DNA of 31,446 nt, from positions 1-31,446 of the forward strand of contig CAWDEM010000006.1 in NCBI GenBank assembly GCA_963801355.1, read 5' to 3'. This stretch comes from Ignavibacteriota bacterium (lineage in GTDB: Bacteria > Bacteroidota > Ignavibacteria > UBA10030 > UBA6906). A model generated the notes under the pieces. That model was given only the letters and a program-made list of their open reading frames with translations. It searched no databases and was not told where the DNA came from. The position numbers and the translations under genes are program-made. Numbering within the stretch: the stretch's first letter is position 1; every line of letters begins with the position of its first letter. Positions 17,772 to 25,969 of the stretch are shown piece after piece.

Positions 17772-20090
17772 ATGGAAACATACGACCAGCCAATAGCGGA
17801 ACCTGGCGATTCGCAGGAATCGCGTTTTCGCGATTTGGTTGCCCTTCTTCTGCGGAACAAGTGGTTGATTCTCATCACGACTGCTGCTGTGACTCTTCTC
17901 GCGGCGGTGTACACCCTCCGGAGTCCGCCGACCTGTGAAGCCACAACGACGGTTCTCATCAACATGAAAGCCGGACAGCAGGCGAATCCGTTCCTTCAGA
18001 ACCCTGAAGGGACAACCAGCAAGCTAGCCAACGAGATGGCTATCCTGAAGGCCCGGGAGCTTGCCCGGCGAGTGGCGGGAACCCTCCTAATGAGTCCCTA
18101 TATCGACTCAGCGAAGGGTCGGGTACTGCCAATTCTCGTGAGGGATGCAGATGATCCAGCGGCGAAGACATTCGCCGGATTGGACACGATCACGGACCGG
18201 GTGCAAAGGGTGGTTAACTTCACACCCGAGAAAGAATCGGACGTCATTCGCATCGTGTCAACGAGCACTGAACCCGTTGAAGCTGCGCTGCTGGCGAATA
18301 CGTACGCCGACGTGTACCAGGAGCGGACTATGCAACAGAGCCGCTCGCGCTCCCGTTCCGCCCGTGAGTTTCTGGAGGGGAGATTGAACGAGCAACGGTC
18401 GCAGCTCCAGCAATCGGAGTCGGCTGTCAAGAACTATATGGAATCAACCGGTCTGGTGACGCTGGACGGGGAATCAAGACAGGTTGTCGACCAACTTGCG
18501 CAGTTGGAAGCCACAAGGAACTCCCTGAACATCGAAATCGAGGGCGTGAACAAGAAGATGAATACGCTGCAGGCAGAGTTGCCACAGCAGGAGTCCTCGA
18601 TTGCGAATACCATGGGTCAGGCAAGCGATCCCTACGTAAAGATGCTCGGCGAACAACTCGCCCGGCTTGAGGTGCAGCGGGATGTAATTGTCGCACAGAA
18701 TGATCCGGCCGTCCTGACTCAAGGTGCGAATCAGGAGAAGTTGAAAGAGATAGGCGATCAGATCAACCAGCTGAGGGATAACCTTCGCAAGCGAACCAAC
18801 GAACTCATCTGGGGCACTGGCGGCGGGGGTGCGACCGGTTCGGGCGCGGACCCGATGGACTATCTCCGGCAGTTGAGAGAGCAGTTGCTGGAATCCAAGA
18901 TACAGCTTGAGACACTCCGCTCGCGGCGAACCGCGCTGAATGGTATCATCGCACAGTACGAGGGGAAATTCAGGCAGATTCCCCGCCAGAGTCTCGATCT
19001 TGCGCGAGTACAAAGAGAGCGACTCAGCAGCGAAAAACTGTACAGTCTGGTCGAGCAGAAATACAATGAAGCGTCGATTACAGAGAAATCGGAATTTGGG
19101 TACGTTGACATTATAGATCGTGCGACACCCGCGGCGGCGAAGCCACGTTCCCGGCTCCTTCTGAATACGATTCTCGGATGCTTTATCGGTCTCGGCCTTG
19201 CGATTGGCATCGTAGTCGTCAGAGATGCGGTAGATGTACGGGTACGGACACCGGAGCAGCTTAGCCGGCATGGTTTCATGTCACTGGGTGAGATCGCAAC
19301 GCTCAACCGTGAACTTAAGACATTGAAATCCAACGGATCACTTCCCAAGGGAGCAGAGGGGTTCGCCCCGCAGCTTCAACTCATTTATAATCCACTGTCA
19401 TACACGGCAGAGTGTTACCGGCGATTGCGCACAAGTCTCATTCGAATACAGGTAGAAAAACCGCTCAAGGCAGTGCTTGTCACGAGCGCCAACCCGGAAG
19501 AAGGCAAGTCTACGACGCTCCTCAATCTGGCCATATCACTTTCGGAAACCGACCAGCGTATTCTGGTAATTGACACCGATCTCCGCCGGCCGATAATACA
19601 TAGCATGTTGAATCTTCCTGCAGCGCCGGGGTTCACGGATGTCGTAGCGGGAGAGGCCAATCTGGAGTCTGCTATACATCACAATGTTGTTCCGAACCTG
19701 GATGTATTGACTTGTGGGACAACTGTGCGGCATCCATCACGATTCTTTGGGCATCGCCAGACCGCAGACGAGCTCTCGGTGCTTCGGCAGCAGTATGCGT
19801 GGATACTGATGGACGCACCGCCTGTTCTCGTTGTCAATGATGCAGCTGTGTTGTCCGCAATCGTTGACGGGACGCTTGTGCTTGCATCTGCAGGTTCGAC
19901 GCGGCTTGAAGCGTTGAGTCGGGTGGCAGATTTATTGGAAAAGGCTGGGGGGAAAATGCTGGGTATAGTACTCAACCGATTTGATCCAAAATCGGCCTAT
20001 GGGTCATATTATGGCAGTGACCGCTATGGCCACTATGGGAGCAAAAATGCCTATTATCGTTCAAGTACTCTCGATGATGAAAAAGCATAG
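17772..20090 (+). CDS. wzc: Polysaccharide co-polymerase / tyrosine autokinase (copy 1)
   Basis: Two TMs flanking a coiled coil; Walker A SANPEEGKST, IDTDLRRP, LMDAPP; C-terminal cluster of 7 Tyr. Confidence 0.93.
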   Translation: METYDQPIAEPGDSQESRFRDLVALLLRNKWLILITTAAVTLLAAVYTLRSPPTCEATTTVLINMKAGQQANPFLQNPEGTTSKLANEMAILKARELARRVAGTLLMSPYIDSAKGRVLPILVRDADDPAAKTFAGLDTITDRVQRVVNFTPEKESDVIRIVSTSTEPVEAALLANTYADVYQERTMQQSRSRSRSAREFLEGRLNEQRSQLQQSESAVKNYMESTGLVTLDGESRQVVDQLAQLEATRNSLNIEIEGVNKKMNTLQAELPQQESSIANTMGQASDPYVKMLGEQLARLEVQRDVIVAQNDPAVLTQGANQEKLKEIGDQINQLRDNLRKRTNELIWGTGGGGATGSGADPMDYLRQLREQLLESKIQLETLRSRRTALNGIIAQYEGKFRQIPRQSLDLARVQRERLSSEKLYSLVEQKYNEASITEKSEFGYVDIIDRATPAAAKPRSRLLLNTILGCFIGLGLAIGIVVVRDAVDVRVRTPEQLSRHGFMSLGEIATLNRELKTLKSNGSLPKGAEGFAPQLQLIYNPLSYTAECYRRLRTSLIRIQVEKPLKAVLVTSANPEEGKSTTLLNLAISLSETDQRILVIDTDLRRPIIHSMLNLPAAPGFTDVVAGEANLESAIHHNVVPNLDVLTCGTTVRHPSRFFGHRQTADELSVLRQQYAWILMDAPPVLVVNDAAVLSAIVDGTLVLASAGSTRLEALSRVADLLEKAGGKMLGIVLNRFDPKSAYGSYYGSDRYGHYGSKNAYYRSSTLDDEKA

Positions 20091-20595
20091 ATCATGCCGG
20101 CCTGCGGTTCCGGCTGCTTGTGTTCTTGCAATGCTGGTCACGTGCATGGCGACGGCCGTCGGCCAGTATGACAGGATGGGCACTGGTGTGCTCACACCTG
20201 GTGCCACGGCGAATTACAGGTTTGCGGATGCTAATGAGTTGCCGATCACTGTGACACTTCTTGGTCCTGTTCAGAGACCCGGGCGGTATGAGATCTCGCG
20301 CAAAATCGATCTTCTGAATCTCCTGGCCCTTGCCGGTGGTTGGCTTGAGAGTGCAGACTTGACTGACGTGCGCATCAGCCGTGTCCAGATGGCCGGTAAT
20401 CTCGGACGTACTGATCTCAGACTGGATCTGGAAGAGCCCAGCGAGCTCTCGCCGAAATTCCTGCAATTGCAGGAGGGGGACTACGTCTATGTCGGCACGT
20501 CAAAGCGGTTGACTCTGCCGATTTTCCTGTCCATTGTCGCTACAGCAGCGACGATCGTGACAGCAGTATCCTATATCACGCTTGCGAGGCGTTGA
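20074..20595 (+). CDS. SLBB-domain polysaccharide export-associated protein (copy 1)
   Basis: Signal peptide, VTLLGPVQRPGRY, LLALAGG, LQEGDYVYV, C-terminal hydrophobic helix. Confidence 0.85.
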   Translation: MMKKHRSCRPAVPAACVLAMLVTCMATAVGQYDRMGTGVLTPGATANYRFADANELPITVTLLGPVQRPGRYEISRKIDLLNLLALAGGWLESADLTDVRISRVQMAGNLGRTDLRLDLEEPSELSPKFLQLQEGDYVYVGTSKRLTLPIFLSIVATAATIVTAVSYITLARR

Positions 20596-20604
20596 CGAGA
20601 GGCT

Positions 20605-21151
20605 GTGCGATTGGTCACAGACAGTATTCTCAAAACTAGCATAGGTTGCAGTACAGGAGCTGCGGTGCGTTGGTGTGCACTCTACCTGCGCAGCAGATAT
20701 GAGAAGAGGGTTGATGTTCTGTTCCGGCAGAAAGGGGGTGTAACATTTCTCCCGCTCATCGAGGAAGTCCATGTCTGGAGTGATAGGACGAAGAAAGTAC
20801 TCGAGCCTCTCTTTTCGGGGGTATGTCTTTGTTCGGACCGATCTCGGCAACAGGGGGACCATTCTGCAGACCGAGGGGGTCGTGAAGTTTGTCGGAATTA
20901 GAGTGAAACCATCACCGATTCCTGACAAACAGATCGAGAGTATCCGCATTGCAGGGGGATTCCCATCGAAGATCCGGCGTGAATCATATCTGGCTGCGGG
21001 TGAGCATGTACGCGTTGCTGCTGGTCCGTTCGAAGGCATCGAAGGTTTCATTCTGACCGTGAAAGGATCGACACGGGTTGTGATCTCTGTTGATTGCATC
21101 GGTCAATCGGTATCTGTTGAAGTCGCACCAGACTCAGTAGTGAAGCAATAG
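20605..21151 (+). CDS. upxY: UpxY/NusG-family transcription antiterminator (one frameshift near 20817)
   Basis: WCALYLRSRYEKRV, WSDRTKKVLEPLF / GYVFVR, KOW VRVAAGPFEGIEG. Confidence 0.88.
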
Positions 21152-21671
21152 TTGCCTTGCAAGGGGGTGGGGGCTATTGAATCATTTGCCTAACGCCCAT
21201 TACCGCATGAACGTGCGAAGCCAGAGCCTTCTTAGGCCCCCCCCGTGTGACTGAAGGGGCGGAGCGTATCTAGACTGAGCCAATAGGGATTAGTAGTCCA
21301 GGCTCTTGGGATAGAGCATACTCCACCTGAACGGAGATATGATTCTCCACAGACAATCTCTTCTCACCTCTTCCTCATGCTAAACAGAGAGAAGACTTGC
21401 CTGGGGGCTCATTTTGCGCGATTGATGGTTAACTGAGGTTTTCTCAAATGAATCTTGGACGGATTGGGGTCATCCAAGCTGGGCGACAAAGTAGTTATGA
21501 TCCGAGCAAGATTCAGACAGCCGTTCCTAGCGCAACAGATTGCAGGGATCATCCGAGTGTATATATGGTGGCATGATTGTCGGGCATTGCCCACTGTGCC
21601 ATCTAGGCGCATTGATTCTCCCAGAAGGCGAAATGGAAAAAAGGGGATGTGGGGCTGCCCGCTATATCTAG

Positions 21672-23628
21672 CCCAAGTTCGACAGTTGAAAAATATTTTT
21701 GATCATTTCTCTCTCGAAGTTGGCGATTGCAATAATCGATGTGACGTTCTCTATGAAAGTGTCGTGTAGTGAAAACTCGACCTCTTGCGAACGGCTGGTG
21801 TGGTGTTGTATATTGGGCACATGTTTCTCCGCAAGATCTCGGTTAAGAAAAACAGCAAGCGTCACGACTACTGGGCTCTGGTAGAATCGGTCCGCACCGA
21901 ACGTGGCCCCCGGCATCGCGTCGTTTCTTATCTCGGGGACATGGACGAGGCCGGACGGCTTGGTGTTCAACAGGCTGCGCTGCATCATCCTGGAGTTCAA
22001 GGCTCGCTCTTTGAGGAACCGCCCAGTCCGACTTGGGTTGAGGTCGATTCAAGTCGAGTCCGCATGGAGCGGTCTCGCCGCTTTGGCGATGTCTGGCTTG
22101 CCCTGGAGATCCTGAAAAAAGCTCGGTCTGAGTGAGCTCTTGGATGGCCTCCTGCCGGACGTCCATCCGAAGATCCCCTGGGCACGGCTGGCCGAGGTTC
22201 TGATCGTCTCCCGGTTCTGCGAGCCGTCCAGTGAGCTCCATATCGCCGAGCAGTTTTACCAGTCGAGTGCACTGGCCGATTTGCTCGGCATACCGGATGA
22301 AGAGATCTATGCCAATCGCCTCTACCGTGCACTGGACCAGTTGCTGGAGCACAAAGACAGGATCCAGCAGTATTTAAAAGAACGACTTGGCGAACTGTTC
22401 GCCGTCAACTATGACATTCTGCTCTACGACGTTACCTCCACCTACTTCGAAGGGGAGGAGGCGAAGAACCCGCAGGCCAAGCGGGGCTACTCCCGCGACA
22501 GCCGTCCGGACTGCAAGCAAGTCTGTATCGGCATGGTCGTCACCAAGGAGGGGATCCCTCTTGGCTACGAGGTCTTCGAGGGCAACCGGCACGACTCGAA
22601 AACGGTGCAGATTATCATTGACAAAATGGAATCTCTCTACGGCAAGAGCGACCGGGTCTGGATCATGGACCGCGGCATGGCCAGTGAAGACAACCTCGAG
22701 CTCCTTGCCGAAGAGCGCCGCCGCTACATTATTGGAACACCCAAAAACCAGCTCAAGAAGTTCGAGAAGCACCTCCTCGCCAGAGGGTGGCACGAGGTGC
22801 ACGAAGGTCTCGAGGTCAAGCTCTGCCCTTCACCCGAGGGAACCAATGAGACCTTCATCCTCTGCCGGAGTGCCGCCCGGGCAGAGAAAGAGCAGGCGAT
22901 GCATGACCGGTTCATCGCTCACGTGGAGGAAGGCCTGGAGCGGATCAAGGAAGAGTTGCGCCTCAGGCCGCATCAAGGACGAACGCGTTGCCGAGCGACG
23001 GATCGGCCGGCTGCTTGAACGCTACAGCCGGGCTGCCCCACTGTTCAGGATCAAAGTCAAAGAACACAAGCACCGTGTCACGCGTCCGCTGGAAGCTCCT
23101 CACGAACTTAAGCGAGTGGGCTCGCTTGAGCGAGGGTTGTTATCTCCTGCGGACCAACATCGCCGACTGGACGCCGGAGGATCTCTGGACTGCATATATC
23201 CAGCTTACTGAAGCCGAGGCGGCGTTCCGCATTCACAAACAGGATCTGAAGCTCCGGCCCATCTGGCATCAGAGAGAAGACCGGGTGCAGGCCCACATCA
23301 TGGTCTGCTTTCTCGCCTATGTCCTCTGGAAGTGTCTCGGCCAGATGTGCAAGCGAGCCGGGCTTGGGCGATGAGCCGCGCAAAGTTCTCGAGGAGATCA
23401 CAAAACTCAACCTCGCTGATATTGTTCTACCAACACGAGGCGGGACCTGAGCTCCGACTCCGCTGCGTCTTGAAACCGGAAAAGCATCTGGCGGTTCTTC
23501 TCGACGACCTGAACTTGAGGCCGCCGCTCGGCTTGCAATGCAACATAAAATGTAGTGCAAACTTTTTGACGAAAGTGCCGAATGCAAACCGGAACCACCA
23601 TTTTCTCAATCAAACTGTCGAACTTGGG
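21672..23628 (+). mobile_element. IS1634-family insertion sequence
   Basis: Perfect 16-bp TIRs CCCAAGTTCGACAGTT / AACTGTCGAACTTGGG, flanked by CTAG on both sides (21668-21671, 23629-23632). Confidence 0.9.
21821..23569 (+). CDS. IS1634-family DDE transposase (multiple frameshifts; error or decay)
   Basis: [71 protein letters not shown]. End coordinate approximate. Confidence 0.85.
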
Positions 23629-23631
23629 CTA

Positions 23632-24796
23632 GTGTATTGTGTCATAAATAGCTGTACTATGTCTTAGGACTTTCGTATCATGGGTTCATCACGTATTATG
23701 GAGAAAACCCATGAAAACCGGACGTCCCAGAAAACCCTTAATTCTTGATCCAGAGCAGCGTTCGCAACTGGAGTCTATTGCCAACTCCCGGAGTATGCCC
23801 GCTGGACTTGTACAACGAGTACGACTCGTCCTGTTGGCGGGCGAAGGATTGACGAACACAGAGATCGCTCATCGAGTGCATTTGACCAGACCCTCTGTGG
23901 GGAAATGGCGACAACGATTCCTCACAATGGGCATCCAAGGTTTGCACGAAGAACTTCGGCCCGGTCGCCCCAGGACGATCTCGGATGAAAACGTTGCAGC
24001 ACTTGTTCGCAAGACGCTCAACACCAAACCCAAAGATGGAACACATTGGTCTGTCCGCACCATGGCAGACGCGACCAACATTTCCTTCTCGACGGTCGGT
24101 CGTATCTGGAGAGCGTTTGGGCTGCAACCTCATCGACAACGCCATTTTAAATTATCAACTGATCCGTTCTTTGTGGAAAAGGTCCGAGATATTGTCGGCC
24201 TCTATTTGAATCCACCAGAGAAGACTATGGTGCTCTGTGTTGATGAAAAGAGCCAGATTCAGGCACTCAACCGCACCCAACCCATGTTGCCGATCGGCTT
24301 GGGATATGTCGAAGGCGTAACGCACGATTATGAACGACACGGAACGACAACACTCTTCGCAGCACTCGACATTGTCTCCGGCGAAGTCCTGACCTCATGC
24401 AAGCCACGGCACCGTCATCAGGAGTATCTCGGTTTTCTCAAAACGATCGATGCCAGTGTTCCTGGATCTCTGGATATCCATCTGGTCGTGGACAACTATG
24501 CCACACACAAGCATCCGAAAGTCAAGCGGTGGTTAGCAGCACATCCACGCTATACTGTGCACTACACACCAACCTCTGCCTCTTGGCTCAACCAAGTGGA
24601 GATCTGGTTCAACATCATTACCCAGCGAGCTATTCGTCGGGGAACCTTCAGCAGTGTCAAAGAACTGATCGACAAAATCACACGCTTCGTCGAGACGTAC
24701 AACAAACACCCGCATCCTTTCATGTGGACAGCAACTGCTGACTCAATCTTTGCCAAACTCGAACGCCTTTGTAAAGGTATCTCTGACACAAGACAC
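23632..24796 (+). mobile_element. IS630-family insertion sequence
   Basis: Imperfect TIRs GTGTATTGTGTCATAAAT / ATCTCTGACACAAGACAC; TA duplicated at 23630-23631 and 24797-24798. Confidence 0.9.
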
Positions 24797-24799
24797 TAG
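23711..24799 (+). CDS. IS630-family transposase, intact
   Basis: HTH region, CVDEKSQIQAL, YERHGTTTLFAAL, VVDNYATHK, SWLNQVEIWF; stop codon is formed by the target TA. Confidence 0.95.
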   Translation: MKTGRPRKPLILDPEQRSQLESIANSRSMPAGLVQRVRLVLLAGEGLTNTEIAHRVHLTRPSVGKWRQRFLTMGIQGLHEELRPGRPRTISDENVAALVRKTLNTKPKDGTHWSVRTMADATNISFSTVGRIWRAFGLQPHRQRHFKLSTDPFFVEKVRDIVGLYLNPPEKTMVLCVDEKSQIQALNRTQPMLPIGLGYVEGVTHDYERHGTTTLFAALDIVSGEVLTSCKPRHRHQEYLGFLKTIDASVPGSLDIHLVVDNYATHKHPKVKRWLAAHPRYTVHYTPTSASWLNQVEIWFNIITQRAIRRGTFSSVKELIDKITRFVETYNKHPHPFMWTATADSIFAKLERLCKGISDTRH

Positions 24800-24860
24800 C
24801 AGCTTGGCGTCAAGTACAAGGAAATGGGTTCAACCGCCCCCACTGGATACTGCACCACAG

Positions 24861-25388
24861 TTACAGCTTTGTTAGAAATTCAGGTGCGACTTCAACAGAT
24901 ACCGACTGATAGACGTGACGGACAATATTACGCGCATCGGTCCTTTTGAAGTCAGAATAAAACTTGAATGCCTTTGAAAGGTTCTGTAGTGCCTCGACCA
25001 TGCTCTCCCGCAGCCCAATGCGGTCTGCGCTTGATCTTGGATGGCTCCTCGCCTACAATGCGGACATACTCAATCTGTTTGTTGGGAATCGGCCAAGACT
25101 TCAGCCAGATGCCGACGAATTTCACCACTTCGTCTTTTTGAAGTGTCGCACCTCGTTCCTATTGTCGGTTCCGACAAACAGGCTCCCTCTCTGAACATCG
25201 GGCCAACTATCCTCTTCTTCCTGTCGCGGTACTGCCGTATCTCCTCTATCATCGGGAGATCGTCTCGATCTTCCTCCCCGCAACCTCACATCAACCACCC
25301 TCTCTGCCTGTTGCGAACATACATCGCATACCACCACAGCATCCATCCCTTCCATCTCCCATTCCGACGAGTCTGTCCGGAGAGCCAT
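24861..25388 (-). pseudogene. upxY: Degenerate second UpxY/NusG antiterminator
   Basis: Across many frameshifts reads WWYAMYVRNR, LPMIEEIRQYRDRKKRIVGPMFR, VVKFVGIWLKSWPIPNKQIES, PSKIKR, AAGEH, QSVSVEVAP; shares TCGGTATCTGTTGAAGTCGCACC with copy 1. Confidence 0.85.
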
Positions 25389-25433
25389 TCAGAGTCCTAA
25401 GCTCGGAATTCAGAATTCGGACTGAGTTCTCAG
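25386..25433. repeat. Short degenerate 7-bp repeat run
   Basis: CATTCAG/AGTCCTA/AGCTCGG/AATTCAG/AATTCGG, then CTGAG-TT-CTCAG. Confidence 0.4.
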
Positions 25434-25436
25434 GGA

Positions 25437-25926
25437 TCACCGATTCGTAAAATATGCAACCGCGATTGCCATAGTCGCTGCTGAGCTGATGATGGAGAGC
25501 ACCAGCGGAAGCGTCATCGGTGTCGTCGTACCGACGTAGTACACAATCCCCTTCTTGCAGCTGCAGGAACTTTGGTGAGACCTGCGTCAGATTTTCAAGA
25601 TCGAGCCTTAGCTCAGCGCGACCTCCAGGTTCGCTCGGCACTTTCTCGCGGCTGATCCGAACATCGGACATATCGGCGTTATCCCGCCACCCTCCCGCAA
25701 GTGCGAGCAGGTTCACAATATCGATCTTGCGCGAAACTTCATACCGTCCCGGCCGTTGCACAGCACCCAGAACCGTCACCGTGATGGGAAACTCATTCAG
25801 GTCGGCGTAACGGTAGTTCGTCGTGGCACCAGCCGTGAGTGCTCCAGTGTTTTCCTTGTTGAATTGCGCCTGCGCCACAAAACTACAGAGAAGAACTGCG
25901 AGAAGAGGGTAGACTAGTCTCTTCAC
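25437..25926 (-). CDS. SLBB-domain polysaccharide export-associated protein (copy 2; frameshift near 25540)
   Basis: GTG after GAGGAAA; signal peptide AQA-Q; VLGAVQRPGRYEVSRKID, LQEGD; corrected tail MTLPLVLSIISSAATMAIAVAYFTNR*. Confidence 0.85.
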
Positions 25927-25969
25927 TTTCCTCGTTTGCGCCTTTGCCGGAGAAGTCGTGCTTCTTTCC

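Noticed and set aside
21409-21769. Short ORFs between upxY1 and IS1634
   Set aside because: No recognisable motifs, and one runs across the IS boundary.
21672-24796. Composite transposon carrying cargo
   Set aside because: The two IS are from different families and abut directly with no passenger DNA.
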